DNA of 64,000 nt from Kiritimatiellia bacterium (GTDB taxonomy: Bacteria > Verrucomicrobiota > Kiritimatiellia > CAIQIC01 > Lenti-01), in the NCBI GenBank assembly GCA_017458625.1, contig JAFTAH010000144.1, forward strand, positions 3,106 through 67,105, written 5' to 3'. Position numbers and translations under genes: made by a program. The stretch's first letter is position 1. Each line of letters starts with the position of its first letter. Below the pieces are notes generated by a model. It worked only from the letters and a program-made list of their open reading frames with translations, had not been told where the DNA came from and searched no databases. Shown piece after piece: positions 20,699 through 30,829 of the stretch.

Positions 20699-21331
20699 AT
20701 GAAAATGAAGAAATTGACGTTTTTGATGGTATTGGCGGGTATGATGGCGCTGCTGGCGACCGGGGCTTCGGCAGCCGTTGGCAAGATCGGGACCATTGAT
20801 CTCGACCAGGTGTTCGAGGCGCATCCGAAGACGGTGGCGTCCGCAGCGGCCCTCAAGGAGAAGGAGGAGGATGCGAAGGCGGAGGCGGAAGCCCTGGTGG
20901 AGCGGCAGAAGAAGCTGCAGGCGCAGGTCGAGGAGGCCAGGGAGGCGGCGAAGAGTCCGCTGCTGTCCGAGGAGGCCCGCAAGGAAAAGCGTGCGGCGGC
21001 CGATGCGGCGGAGACGGAATACTCGGCCTTCATGGTGTCCGCGCGGCGTCAGACCGAAACGAAGCTGCGGGCGCTCCGGGAGGAGGTACTGGAGATGCGG
21101 GGGCAAATCGTGGACGAGATGATGACCGAGCTGGCGGCCTTTGCGGAGCAGGAGGGGTATGCGCTCATCCTGGACCGGTCGGGGCTGACGATGAACAACG
21201 TGCCCGTGATTGTGTACGCGAAGGATGCGCTGGACGTGACGAAGGCGTTCATCGAATTCATCCAGAGTGACCGTCCGGCGGCCCCCGAAGGGGCCACGGC
21301 GGCAGGCACGGCGGCGGTGGCGGCCGAGTAG
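20699..21331 (+). CDS. skp: periplasmic chaperone Skp (OmpH)
   Basis: Signal peptide, [12 protein letters not shown]-terminus, long coiled-coil K/E/A-rich arm and a C-terminal YALILDRS motif. It is positioned immediately upstream of lpxD as in the classical skp-lpxD cluster. Confidence 0.8.
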   Translation: MKMKKLTFLMVLAGMMALLATGASAAVGKIGTIDLDQVFEAHPKTVASAAALKEKEEDAKAEAEALVERQKKLQAQVEEAREAAKSPLLSEEARKEKRAAADAAETEYSAFMVSARRQTETKLRALREEVLEMRGQIVDEMMTELAAFAEQEGYALILDRSGLTMNNVPVIVYAKDALDVTKAFIEFIQSDRPAAPEGATAAGTAAVAAE

Positions 21332-21356
21332 GTCTTGGCTTCTGGCACGGAGGAAT

Positions 21357-22457
21357 ATGGCGATGTTCACAGCACCGAAGTTGACGGCGGCCGAAGTGGC
21401 CGAGAAGATTGGAGCCCAGCTGGAAGGCGATGGGAGCGTCGTTCTGGATTCGGTCGGGGACCTGGAGGTCGCCACGCCCAACCAGCTGGCGGTCGCCGGC
21501 GGCGAGCATTATCTCAAGCGCGTGCCGCAGTGCCACGCCGGGGCGCTGATCGTGCCCGTCGGCGCGCCGGTGCCGGAGCCGCATCCCGCGTTGCTGCGGG
21601 CGCAGGACATGGAGTCGGCGTTCATCGACGCCTGCGCGCTGTTCGCGCCGCCGGCGCCGGAACTGGCGCCAGGAGTGCATCCGACGGCGGTCATCGGCGA
21701 AGGGGCCGAGCTGGGCGAAGGCGTCCGCATCGGGGCCTATGCGGTGGTCGAGGCAGGGGCGAAGGTCGGCGCGGGCACGTGGCTCTGGCCGCACAGCTAC
21801 GTCGGCTACGAGGCGACGATTGGCGAGAACTGCGTGCTGTATCCGATGGCGTCGGTGCGCGAGCGCTGCGTGGTCGGCAACCGCGTCATCCTGCACAACG
21901 GCGCGGTCATCGGCAGCGACGGCTTCGGCTATCGCGTGGACCGGGCCGGCGTCCGCACCAAGATTCCGCAGACGGGCATCGTCGAGCTCGGCGACGACGT
22001 GGAAATCGGCGCCAATTCGACGGTGGACCGCGCGCGCTTCGGCGTCACCAGCATCGGCAAGGGCTGCAAGATCGACAATCTCGTGCAGATTGCGCACAAC
22101 TGCGTGCTGGGCGACCATACCGTGCTGTGCGCGCAGGTGGGGCTGGCCGGGACGACGACGCTCGGCAGCCACGTCATCTGCGCGGGCCAGGCGGGGCTGG
22201 CGGGCCACATCAAGGTGGGCGACTGGACGGTGGTCGGGGCCCAGGCGGGCGTGACCAAGGACCTGCCGCCGGCCGGCATGTTCCTGGGGTCGCCGGCGGT
22301 TCCGCGCATGGACTTCGGGCGCCAGATGGCCTGCATCAACGGCATCCCGAAGATGCGCGCGGCGCTGAAGGAGATTGCCGAAAAGCTCCAGACGATGGAG
22401 GCCGCCGCCAATGCGTTCCTCGCCGCGCAAGGCGAGGGGGACGAGGCGGAAAAGTAG
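21357..22457 (+). CDS. lpxD: UDP-3-O-acylglucosamine N-acyltransferase
   Basis: Left-handed beta-helix hexapeptide repeats, LpxD-like N-terminus, and synteny with skp. Confidence 0.85.
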   Translation: MAMFTAPKLTAAEVAEKIGAQLEGDGSVVLDSVGDLEVATPNQLAVAGGEHYLKRVPQCHAGALIVPVGAPVPEPHPALLRAQDMESAFIDACALFAPPAPELAPGVHPTAVIGEGAELGEGVRIGAYAVVEAGAKVGAGTWLWPHSYVGYEATIGENCVLYPMASVRERCVVGNRVILHNGAVIGSDGFGYRVDRAGVRTKIPQTGIVELGDDVEIGANSTVDRARFGVTSIGKGCKIDNLVQIAHNCVLGDHTVLCAQVGLAGTTTLGSHVICAGQAGLAGHIKVGDWTVVGAQAGVTKDLPPAGMFLGSPAVPRMDFGRQMACINGIPKMRAALKEIAEKLQTMEAAANAFLAAQGEGDEAEK

Positions 22458-22487
22458 TTTCGGGACCGCGAGGTTGGAGGTTTTGCC

Positions 22488-23732
22488 ATGAGCGAGTTGG
22501 TCAAGGTGCCGGGGGACGGGGAGAAGATTGCGCTGGGCGCGGACGGGACGCTGAACGTCCCCGACAAGCCCATCATCCCCTTCATCGAGGGCGACGGGAC
22601 CGGGCCCGACATCATGGCGGCCGCGATGGGCGTCTGGAATGCCGCCGTCGAAAAGGCGTATGGCGGGCGTAGGCAGGTGCGCTGGATGGAGGTTTTCGCC
22701 GGCGAGAAGGCCAACCGCGTCTATGGCGAGGGAACATGGCTCCCGCAGGAGACGCTCGACGTCTGCCGCGAGTTTTTGGTCGCCATCAAGGGGCCGCTGA
22801 CCACGCCCGTCGGGGGCGGCATCCGCTCGCTGAACGTCGCGCTGCGCCAGGAGCTCGACCTCTACGTCTGCCTGCGCCCGGTGCGGTGGTTCCGGGGCGT
22901 GCCGTCGCCCGTGCGCGAGCCGGAGAAGACCGACATGGTCATCTTCCGCGAGAACGCCGAAGACATCTACGCCGGCATCGAATGGCCCGCCCGCTCCCCC
23001 GAGGCGCAAAAAGTCGTCGCCTTCCTGCAGAACGAAATGGGCGTCAAGAAAATCCGCTTCCCGGAGAGCTCCGGAATCGGCATCAAACCCGTCTCCGAAG
23101 AAGGCACCCGCCGCCTCGTCCGCGCCGCCATCCGCTACGCCCTCGCCAACGGCCGCAAATCCGTCACCCTCGTCCACAAAGGCAACATCATGAAATTCAC
23201 CGAGGGCGCCTTCCGCGACTGGGGCTACGCCGTGGCGCGGGAGGAGTTCGGCGCCGAGCCCATCGACGGCGGGCCGTGGATGCGGCTGCCGGGCGGTCTC
23301 GTCGTCAAGGACTGCATCGCGGACGCGTTCCTGCAGCAGATCCTGACCCGGCCGGCGGAATACGACGTCATCGCCACCCTGAACCTCAACGGCGACTACA
23401 TTTCGGACGCGCTGGCGGCCTGCGTGGGCGGCATCGGCATCGCGCCGGGGGCGAACATCAACTACGACACCGGCTGCGCCATCTTCGAGGCCACGCACGG
23501 GACGGCGCCGAAGTACGCCGGGCTCGACAAGGTGAACCCCGGGTCGCTCATCCTGTCCGGCGAGATGATGTTCCGGCACCTCGGCTGGACCGAGGCGGCG
23601 GACGCCATCCTGCGCGGCATGGAATCGGCCATCGCGGCCAAGACCGTGACCTACGACTTCGCCCGCCAGATGCCCGGGGCGACGCTCCTGAAGTGCTCCG
23701 AGTTCGGTCGCGCCGTCCAGGCCGGCATGTAG
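22488..23732 (+). CDS. icd: NADP-dependent isocitrate dehydrogenase
   Basis: [33 protein letters not shown] and [11 protein letters not shown] match the prokaryotic Icd family. Confidence 0.9.
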   Translation: MSELVKVPGDGEKIALGADGTLNVPDKPIIPFIEGDGTGPDIMAAAMGVWNAAVEKAYGGRRQVRWMEVFAGEKANRVYGEGTWLPQETLDVCREFLVAIKGPLTTPVGGGIRSLNVALRQELDLYVCLRPVRWFRGVPSPVREPEKTDMVIFRENAEDIYAGIEWPARSPEAQKVVAFLQNEMGVKKIRFPESSGIGIKPVSEEGTRRLVRAAIRYALANGRKSVTLVHKGNIMKFTEGAFRDWGYAVAREEFGAEPIDGGPWMRLPGGLVVKDCIADAFLQQILTRPAEYDVIATLNLNGDYISDALAACVGGIGIAPGANINYDTGCAIFEATHGTAPKYAGLDKVNPGSLILSGEMMFRHLGWTEAADAILRGMESAIAAKTVTYDFARQMPGATLLKCSEFGRAVQAGM

Positions 23733-23841
23733 GCCGGAACGGCTGCCGAGCGGGGGAGGGGAGGATAGGGCAGGGGATGTGCCCCTGCGCCCCGAGAAGC
23801 GTGGGCTGAAAATGTCACGGGAGCCGAAATTGCGTAAAACG

Positions 23842-23874
23842 CTTGGTTTTGACGAAAAATCACGCGGGTTGGGG
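23842..23874 (+). promoter_or_regulatory. copy 1 of conserved intergenic element (CTTGgTTTTGACGaAAAATCaCGCGggTTGGGG followed by G-rich tract)
   Basis: Member of a 5-copy family (see findings). It lies 176 bp upstream of the amidohydrolase gene. Confidence 0.35.
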
Positions 23875-24017
23875 CGCGTTTCCTGGAGGGGGGGCGACTG
23901 GCGACGGGAGGGCAGGGGGAGGGCAGGGGGGAGGGCGTGTCTTTTGGGTTGCGGGAGGAGGCGGGGGGAGGGTAGGATTGGCGGCGTCACAGAGTTGTCC
24001 CTCATTGACAGGAGAAA

Positions 24018-25343
24018 ATGCGCATGAGTACCATTTTGATTCGGAACGCGAACGTCATCACGCTGGATCCGGCGCAGCCGGTGATTATGGGCGGGGACGT
24101 GCTCATTGAGGGCGAGAAGATTGCGCAGGTCGGCAAGGGGATCGCGGTGCCGGAGGGGACGGACGTGCTGGATGCGTCGGGGCTGGTGGCGACGCCCGGG
24201 CTGATCAACACGCACCACCACCTCTATTCGTCGTTTGCGCGCGGCTTCGCGGCCCCGGGCGAGCCGGCACGCGATTTTGTGGAGATTCTCCAGAAACTGT
24301 GGTGGAAGCTGGATCTGGCTCTCGACGAAGAGGGCGTGAGGTATTCGGCGCTGGTGGCGTTGGTGGAAGCGATCAAGACGGGTTGCACGACGCTCATCGA
24401 CCATCATGCATCGCCATCGTGCACGGACGGCTCTCTGGACATCATGGAGGAGACCATCCGGCAAGCCGGGCTGTCGGGATGCCTGTGCTATGAGACGAGC
24501 GACCGCAACGTGGTGGGCGACGGGGTGGCGGAAAATACGCGGTTTCTGAAGAAATGCCAGGCTTCCGGCGACGACCAGGTGACGGCACTGTTCGGGTTGC
24601 ACGCGCAGATGACGCTGGGCGATGAGACGATGGCGGCCGTGGCGGCAGCCTGCCGGGAGCTGGGGGCGGGCGTGCATGTGCATGTGGCGGAGGGAACGGC
24701 GGACGAGGAGGACTGCCTCCAGAAGTACGGTATGCGGATCGTGCAGCGGCTGCACAAGTATGGCCTGACGGGCAAGAAGTCGATCTTTGTCCACGGCATT
24801 CACATCGACGAGAGCGAGATGGACCTCATCGCGGCGACAGGGACGATGATGGTGCACAATCCGGAGTCGAACATGAACAATGCGGTGGGTGTGCAGAAGA
24901 TGCTCCAGCTACTCGGAAAGGGGATTCTGCTGGGGCTGGGGACGGATGGGATGACGTCGCAGATGATCTCGGCGGCGCGGGCGGCGCATCTGTTGCAGCG
25001 GTGCCATCACGGGGATCCGCGGCTGGCCTTCGTGGAGGCGTGTCAGATGCTGCTGGAGAACAATGCGACGATTGCAAACCGGTGCTTCAAGACGCCGCGC
25101 GGACAGCTGAAGACGGGACAGCTGGCGGACGTGGCGCTGTTCCGCTATGCGCCGACGACGCCGCTGGAGGACGGACGGGTGTACGGGCATTATCTTTACG
25201 GACTCAACTATGCGCCAGTGCATTCGACGATTGCGCGCGGACGCTTCCTCATGCGGAATTATCAGCTGCTGACGCTCGACGAGGATGCCATTGCCGCGCG
25301 CGCCAACGAACTCGCTCGCGAGACGTGGGGGCGGATCCAGTAG
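24018..25343 (+). CDS. metal-dependent amidohydrolase (SsnA / chlorohydrolase / nucleobase-deaminase-like family)
   Basis: N-terminal ILIRNANVITLD....GDVLIEGEKI, the HHHLYSS metal-binding motif, and amidohydrolase-family length. Confidence 0.8.
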   Translation: MRMSTILIRNANVITLDPAQPVIMGGDVLIEGEKIAQVGKGIAVPEGTDVLDASGLVATPGLINTHHHLYSSFARGFAAPGEPARDFVEILQKLWWKLDLALDEEGVRYSALVALVEAIKTGCTTLIDHHASPSCTDGSLDIMEETIRQAGLSGCLCYETSDRNVVGDGVAENTRFLKKCQASGDDQVTALFGLHAQMTLGDETMAAVAAACRELGAGVHVHVAEGTADEEDCLQKYGMRIVQRLHKYGLTGKKSIFVHGIHIDESEMDLIAATGTMMVHNPESNMNNAVGVQKMLQLLGKGILLGLGTDGMTSQMISAARAAHLLQRCHHGDPRLAFVEACQMLLENNATIANRCFKTPRGQLKTGQLADVALFRYAPTTPLEDGRVYGHYLYGLNYAPVHSTIARGRFLMRNYQLLTLDEDAIAARANELARETWGRIQ

Positions 25344-25358
25344 CGGTAGCCGTCCTTT

Positions 25359-26564
25359 TTGCTCATGGCCAAGTTTTTCGGCATTGTTGCGATCCTGCTG
25401 GCGGTCACGGGAGGGGTGCGGGCGGCCGAGGAGCCGTCGCTGCTGATCTGGATCAATGGCGACAAGGGCTACAAGGGAATCGAGGAGATTGCGGAGCGCT
25501 TCACGGAAAACACGGGGGTTCCGGTGCGGGTGGAGCATCCCGACAGCGTGCCAGACCGGTTCATGCAGGCGACGCAGGCGGGGAAGGGGCCCGACATTCT
25601 CATCTGGGCGCACGATCGGCTGGGCGAATGGGCGGATGCGGGACTGCTGATGCCGGTGGATCCAACGCCGGCGTTCCGCGCCGCCATCTTTCCGCAGGCG
25701 CTGGAGGCCTTCACGCACCAGGGGCGGCTGTGGGCGTTTCCCATTGCGATGGAGGCGACGACGCTCATCGTCAACACGGACCTGCTGGCGCCGGAGGAGG
25801 TGCCGCAAAACCTGGCGGACTGCGCGGCTTTGGTGCCAAAACTGGCGGAAAAGGGGGCCTATCCGATTCTCTGGGACTACAACAACGCGTATTTCACGTG
25901 GGGGTTTCTGGCCGCGTCGGGGGGACAGATCTACGGACGGACGGTGGATGGCGGCTATGACCCGAAGGTGGTCGGCGTGGACGGGGAAAGCGTGGTCGAG
26001 GCGGCCGGGACGATCCGGCGCATGATTCAAGAGGGGACGATGCGGGCGGCCGCGTCCTATGCGGTGGCGGAGTCGCTGATGGCCCATGGCCAGCTGGCGA
26101 TGTTCGTGTCGGGGCCGTTCGCCTGGGACAATCTGCGGAAGGCGGGGATTCCGTTTGCGATTGCGCGGCTTCCGGGGTTCGACGGCCATCCCGGGCGGCC
26201 CTTCGTGGGGGTGTTGGGCGCGATGCTGAACCGCTCGTCGCAGAATCTGGACCTCGCGCAGGAGTTCCTGGAGTACTACCTCATCACGCCGAAAGGGCTT
26301 GCCGCGATGGACAAGCATGTGCCGGTGGGCGTGCCAGCGCGGAAGGATGCCTACCGGGCGATGGCCGGAGATCCCCGCATTCGCGGTCTCATGGCGAATA
26401 TCGAGGTGGGTACGCTGATGCCGAACATTCCGGAGATGGGGGCCTTCTGGTCAGCCATGACCTCGGCCATGAACCTCATCACCACCGGCGGCGATTCCGC
26501 AGCCGATGCGCTCCACAATGCCGCGCAACGGATGCGTCGGGCCGTCGGCGTCGCGGACGAGTAA
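25359..26564 (+). CDS. MalE-like maltose/maltodextrin ABC-transporter substrate-binding protein (orphan, no adjacent permease/ATPase)
   Basis: LLIWINGDKGYKGIEEIAERFTENTGVPVRVEHPD...GPDILIWAHDRLGEWADAGLL aligns closely with E. coli MalE. It has a signal peptide. Confidence 0.8.
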   Translation: MLMAKFFGIVAILLAVTGGVRAAEEPSLLIWINGDKGYKGIEEIAERFTENTGVPVRVEHPDSVPDRFMQATQAGKGPDILIWAHDRLGEWADAGLLMPVDPTPAFRAAIFPQALEAFTHQGRLWAFPIAMEATTLIVNTDLLAPEEVPQNLADCAALVPKLAEKGAYPILWDYNNAYFTWGFLAASGGQIYGRTVDGGYDPKVVGVDGESVVEAAGTIRRMIQEGTMRAAASYAVAESLMAHGQLAMFVSGPFAWDNLRKAGIPFAIARLPGFDGHPGRPFVGVLGAMLNRSSQNLDLAQEFLEYYLITPKGLAAMDKHVPVGVPARKDAYRAMAGDPRIRGLMANIEVGTLMPNIPEMGAFWSAMTSAMNLITTGGDSAADALHNAAQRMRRAVGVADE

Positions 26565-26741
26565 GGAGCCGTCAAACAACAACCTTGGCTTTTTGCTTGT
26601 CTTTTTCGCCGATGTCATCGTCGGAAAACTCACTGATGCACCACATCAGCTTCGTTTTTCCTCCTTGGCCTCGACGAAAAATCCGTCGCAACAAGCTCAA
26701 GTTTATTGTCCGACGACTCCTAAGGAACGCTCTTGCAGGGC

Positions 26742-27389
26742 CTATTTGGCCATTTTGTCGATGAAGGCCTGGCTTTCGGCGATGGCCTTGTTCATTTCCG
26801 CAACGAGGGCGGCAACGTCGGCCTCGACGCGGGCCTGTTCGCCTTGGAGGGAGCTGAGGGCGGCGGCGTTGAGGTTGTGCTTGAGGAAGAGGACCTGGTC
26901 GTGGAGCACGCGCAAGACGGGGGCGACCTTGGCCTCGGCGCGGCGCATGGCGGCAATCATCTCGTCGCAGTTCTGGCGGGTGGCCTTGAGCTGGGCTTCG
27001 CTGTTGCGGCGGTACTCCGGGTTCTCGTATTGGTCGTTCTCCCGGGCCCACTCCTTGAAAAGGCTCTTGCTGACGCGTTCGACATCGTCGATGCGGCTGT
27101 CCAGGGTCTGGGCCTTTGCGGCGCAGCGGTCATAGGCGGCCTGCATCTTGCGATATTCGGCTTCCAGGTCGCCGCCCTCGTAGGTGATCACCGAGGCGAA
27201 TTCGTCCAGCGCGTTCTGGAAGACCTGCTGGGTGTCCTCCTGGGCGTCCTTGGCGTCCGCTACGCGGTCGACAAGGATGCTCCGTTTGGCGGTGCCGAAG
27301 ACGTGTTCCCGGGTGGCATCCCAGAGCGATGAGCAGGCGCACAGTCCCAGGGCCAACAGCAGTAGACAAGCCAAAGAAGTCTTTTTCAT
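26742..27389 (-). CDS. DUF2959-family lipoprotein
   Basis: Lipobox LALGLCACSS, coiled-coil rich, YiiQ-like. Confidence 0.65.
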   Translation of the reverse strand: MKKTSLACLLLLALGLCACSSLWDATREHVFGTAKRSILVDRVADAKDAQEDTQQVFQNALDEFASVITYEGGDLEAEYRKMQAAYDRCAAKAQTLDSRIDDVERVSKSLFKEWARENDQYENPEYRRNSEAQLKATRQNCDEMIAAMRRAEAKVAPVLRVLHDQVLFLKHNLNAAALSSLQGEQARVEADVAALVAEMNKAIAESQAFIDKMAK

Positions 27390-27475
27390 TGGGCGATTCC
27401 TTTCCCCTTGCGGGGCTTATCCTTCCACAGGCGGGCGGGGGACGCAATGCAAAAGGGTCGGCGGTGGGGCGAAAA

Positions 27476-27982
27476 TCAACGATGGCGTTGCGCGGATGAA
27501 CGGACAGGGAAGACCCAGCGGTGCTGGATTTGATAACTGGCGAGGAAGAGCAGGCAATCGACGACGACCTTGGCAACAGTGGGGAAAACCCCGGGGAGGA
27601 GGCGGTGCACGAGGTCGACCAGCCCCCAGCTGGCGAGCAACAGGGTTGCCGCCAAGAGATAATAGCGGAGCAGGCTTGCGGGCACGGTCGCCGTGGAGCG
27701 GAAGACGGCGCCCCGGTTGAGCGCATAGTTGAAGAGGCTGGAGCAGACACGCGCCACCAGCGTCGCCCAGAATAGCTCGTGCGCCCCTGGCAGATAGGCC
27801 AGCGCCCGCACCAGTAGATGGAAAAGTCCCACATCCAGCAGGAAGGAGAGGATGCCAGAGGCCGCAAAGCGGAGAAAGAGGAGCAAACGGCGCCAATGGA
27901 AGTCTAGCGTGGCGGGATGGGTGGTGTCCGGGACTTCGGGTGATGGGTTGGTGGCCCCGGGCCGCTGGGGAGGCATGGCCAT
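27476..27982 (-). CDS. GtrA-family membrane protein (polysaccharide synthesis/translocation)
   Basis: Four TM helices with the GtrA signature region FLRFAASGILSFLLDVGLFHLL...NYALNR. Confidence 0.75.
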   Translation of the reverse strand: MAMPPQRPGATNPSPEVPDTTHPATLDFHWRRLLLFLRFAASGILSFLLDVGLFHLLVRALAYLPGAHELFWATLVARVCSSLFNYALNRGAVFRSTATVPASLLRYYLLAATLLLASWGLVDLVHRLLPGVFPTVAKVVVDCLLFLASYQIQHRWVFPVRSSAQRHR

Positions 27983-28169
27983 ATACGTGACTATGCTCCG
28001 GGTCGCGCTGTCCCGTCAAGCGGAAAGCCGGGATGAGGTTTCCGCTTTTTGGAAAATAGGCTTGCCATCTGGCGATTTTTCACAATAGTGGGGGCTGACG
28101 TTCGTTGAGTGACGAATGCCATTTTCGCTCGCCGTAGTTGGCGTGATGTTACCTTGGAAAGGATAGAAC

Positions 28170-28484
28170 ATGAAGAAAGTACAATGGTTGTTGGTCGTAG
28201 CGCTTGCCTTGCTCTTGGTGAGTGGTTGCGCCACGAGCTACCCGATGGGCTCGATCTACACGGATCTCAAGCTCCCGGTTGCGGTTACCGCGGATCCGGC
28301 CACCAACCTGAAGGTGGGGACGGCTACCTGCAGATCCATTCTTGGCCTGGTCGCGTTGGGCGATGTGTCCATCGAGACGGCCGCGAAGAACGGTGGCATC
28401 ACCCAGATTCACCATGTTGACTGGGAAGCCAAGAGCGTGCTCGGGATCGTCAGCGACTACAAGATCACCGTCTACGGCAAGTAG
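28170..28484 (+). CDS. TRL-like lipoprotein
   Basis: Lipobox LLVSGCAT, a GSIYTD...P motif and a ~100-aa size typical of the TRL family. Confidence 0.6.
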   Translation: MKKVQWLLVVALALLLVSGCATSYPMGSIYTDLKLPVAVTADPATNLKVGTATCRSILGLVALGDVSIETAAKNGGITQIHHVDWEAKSVLGIVSDYKITVYGK

Positions 28485-28749
28485 ACGTAGCAACAAGATT
28501 GTTGCCACGTAGAGGGCGCGACTGCCAGGTCTCGCCCTCGTTTGTTGCCCGAGAGCTGGCGGCGCAGGGCAGGTGAAAACCATCGCTTGGTCTCCCGCGC
28601 CCGGGGCAGGTAGGAGGGCCCCTGCCGCCCTGTCCAATTCATATTGGAGCTTTCTCCCTTCGCTTGCCGGGTGCATTCGACTTGACTTTTCCGCATTTTG
28701 GGGCTATATGCGCGGCATACTTGTTTTGGGTTCACACAAGGAGTATTCC

Positions 28750-29022
28750 ATGAAGAAAATGATTGCCCTGTTGGTTTCCATGCTGATCCTGGCCTCGGTT
28801 TCGCTGGCCGCTCCCGTCGAGGGGCGTGGCGGATTCCTGGGCGGCATTCACGGATGCTGCTTCGGTCTGCGTGGCGCGGCGGCCTATAACGAAGGCAAGA
28901 ACATGACGGCGCTTGAGTGGATCGATGCGCTGGTGGCTTGCCATATCATCGCGTTTGTCAAGGGATGTTCCGGCATCACCACGTCTGACCTGAAGGCCTC
29001 CTACGGCGAAAGTTTCTTCTAA
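28750..29022 (+). CDS. small secreted Cys-rich protein (~90 aa), unknown function
   Basis: Signal MKKMIALLVSMLILASVSLA and GGIHGCCFGLRG. The upstream part of ORF 28573 is non-protein-like. Confidence 0.5.
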   Translation: MKKMIALLVSMLILASVSLAAPVEGRGGFLGGIHGCCFGLRGAAAYNEGKNMTALEWIDALVACHIIAFVKGCSGITTSDLKASYGESFF

Positions 29023-29025
29023 GCT

Positions 29026-29871
29026 TTGCTGGTGACTTCCTCCCGTTCGGGTGACAGCGGGCGTGCTCTTCGGGGTGCGCTCGCTGGCGTTTTTTTTGCG
29101 ACCGCGTTCCTGCTGGGTGTGGCCACGCAGGTGTCTGCGGAGGAGGCGGTTCCGGTTCAGGACGATTCCCGGCCCGCCCTTCTCGCCGTCTCCGCTTCTG
29201 AATTCCTGCCGACGCTTGCGTCCAGTTATGCAGCGGTTAGCAATCTCTCCTGTTCCGTTCGCCGGGTGACGTCCTCGGGAGGTCTGCGGGGCAATGCCAC
29301 CGTAATCTCGCAGGTCGTTTTTGCGCGGGGCGACCGCATGAACGTCGAGACCGTGGCGCCGCTACACCGGCGTGTCGTCATCGACGGGGCCAAGGTGCAT
29401 GATCAATTCGAGGATGCCGCGGTGCCCACCGTGACACCTATTGCCACCCTGTCGCCGGCGGCCCTGGCCAATCTTCGCTCGGTGCCTGGGTCGCCCGAGG
29501 AGATGCTGGCCGCGCTGGATTCCGCCTCTGGCGTCGACCGCCTGCCACCGGCATCGCCCTACGCGCGGCAAGTCGTCTTTGCGCCGCTGATCCGCGATGC
29601 CCCGGCGCAGGCCACGGTGGTGTCGCTGGACGCCAAGGGCGTGGTTGCCTCCATCATCTTCTATGCGGATGTCGAACTCACCCGTCCGCTGGTGACGGTC
29701 ACGTTCTCCTCGCCCACGGAACCCCTGCCGGGCGTGGTCCTCTTCCGCCGCATGGAGACGAATGCCAACGCTGCCGACGGCCATTCCGTCCGCACGGTCA
29801 GCCACTTTGACGGGTATCGTCTCAACCTCGAGCTCCCGCTTTCCCAGTTCGACCCTGCCGCCTACTTCTGA
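29026..29871 (+). CDS. LolA-like / outer-membrane lipoprotein-sorting fold protein (secreted)
   Basis: Signal peptide. The segment ARGDRMNVETVAPLHRRVVIDGAKVHDQFED resembles the LolA/COG2834 core (..r.e.....q.vv.DG...w.y). Weak. Confidence 0.5.
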   Translation: MLVTSSRSGDSGRALRGALAGVFFATAFLLGVATQVSAEEAVPVQDDSRPALLAVSASEFLPTLASSYAAVSNLSCSVRRVTSSGGLRGNATVISQVVFARGDRMNVETVAPLHRRVVIDGAKVHDQFEDAAVPTVTPIATLSPAALANLRSVPGSPEEMLAALDSASGVDRLPPASPYARQVVFAPLIRDAPAQATVVSLDAKGVVASIIFYADVELTRPLVTVTFSSPTEPLPGVVLFRRMETNANAADGHSVRTVSHFDGYRLNLELPLSQFDPAAYF

Positions 29872-29881
29872 CCGCCCGACC

Positions 29882-30829
29882 ATGCGTCTGTGCCGCTGCC
29901 TGATTCTTGCGTTTTTCGCTGTTTTTACCGCAAACTCACACGTTTTGGCGGCCTTGGACGGGGAGCTGCAGGCGATGGACAGGGTGCTGCCCTCCGCCCC
30001 GCAGTTGCGCTTGGCCGAGGCGCTTTTTGCCGAGGCCAACTATCCGGCGGCGGCAATCGAGGCCCGCATGGTCATGCGGGGGGCCAAGGACGCGTACGTT
30101 GTCGGCAAGGCGCGACTTATCCGCGCCCTGGCGGAGCTCCGCCGCGAAGACCGTATCGCCGTCGCCGCGGAGCAAGCCGTCTCCACGCTGGAGGAGCTCT
30201 GGAATCCCGATGCCGCTCCCGCTGACGGGGCCACGGAGCCGGCGGCGCTGGCAGAACTCCGCGCCTTCGCCGCCTACGAGCTCGGCCGCTACCGCATGTC
30301 GCTGCGCAAAGGGGGTGCCGACGCCTTGCCGCCCCTGGCCTACGCCTTTCTCAAGACCCGCAACACCACGCTTTTCCAGCTGGCAGGCTGTTCGCTCCAT
30401 TTCCTCTTTGAAGAAAACGATGAGCTGGCCGAGGCCCACGCCGACCTCGCCGACCAAGTGGCCTTTGCGCTCTCGGGATGGTCCACTTCCGTGTGGACGC
30501 TCGCCAATCCACGCACTGTTCGCCAGCGCCACCAGCAGGCGCGTCCAGCTCTCGTCTCCCTGCCCGCTCGCGGCCTCATCGCCTTCTACCGCTCCCAGGT
30601 CCGCCCCGCCATTGGCGGCCGCTGTGCGCTGGAGCCCTCCTGCTCCGAATACTTCCTCCAGGCCAGCAAAAAGCATGGTCTTTTAGGCATTCCGCTGATT
30701 GCCGACCGTTTTGCCCGCGAGCCCGCCGTCACCCAGGCGGCGGAGGTCTTGGTCGAACGGCCCGATGGCTCCCTCCGCATTGCCGACCCCGTAGACAATC
30801 ACGACTTCTGGTTCACCGAATTCCCATGA
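29882..30829 (+). CDS. secreted TPR-like N-domain fused to a YidD (DUF37) membrane-protein-insertion-efficiency-factor-like C-domain
   Basis: Signal MRLCRCLILAFFAVFTANSHVLA. The C-terminus LIAFYRSQVRPAIGGRCALEPSCSEYFLQASKKHGLLGIPLIADRFAR matches the YidD core (LI.FYQ..ISP.....CRF.PSCS.YA.EAI.KHG..KG..L...R.LRC). Confidence 0.65.
   Translation: MRLCRCLILAFFAVFTANSHVLAALDGELQAMDRVLPSAPQLRLAEALFAEANYPAAAIEARMVMRGAKDAYVVGKARLIRALAELRREDRIAVAAEQAVSTLEELWNPDAAPADGATEPAALAELRAFAAYELGRYRMSLRKGGADALPPLAYAFLKTRNTTLFQLAGCSLHFLFEENDELAEAHADLADQVAFALSGWSTSVWTLANPRTVRQRHQQARPALVSLPARGLIAFYRSQVRPAIGGRCALEPSCSEYFLQASKKHGLLGIPLIADRFAREPAVTQAAEVLVERPDGSLRIADPVDNHDFWFTEFP

Noticed and set aside
23851-23860. 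Interpreting TTGACG ... TAAAAT in the conserved element as sigma70 -35/-10 hexamers
   Set aside because: The hexamers are separated by ~1 bp instead of 16-18 bp, so they cannot function as a standard sigma70 promoter. Kept as an element of unknown function.
19811-24857. Long minus-strand ORFs 19811-21481 (556 aa) and 21258-24857 (1199 aa)
   Set aside because: Antisense to well-supported skp, lpxD, icd and amidohydrolase genes. Translations are Arg/Pro/His-rich with no motifs.
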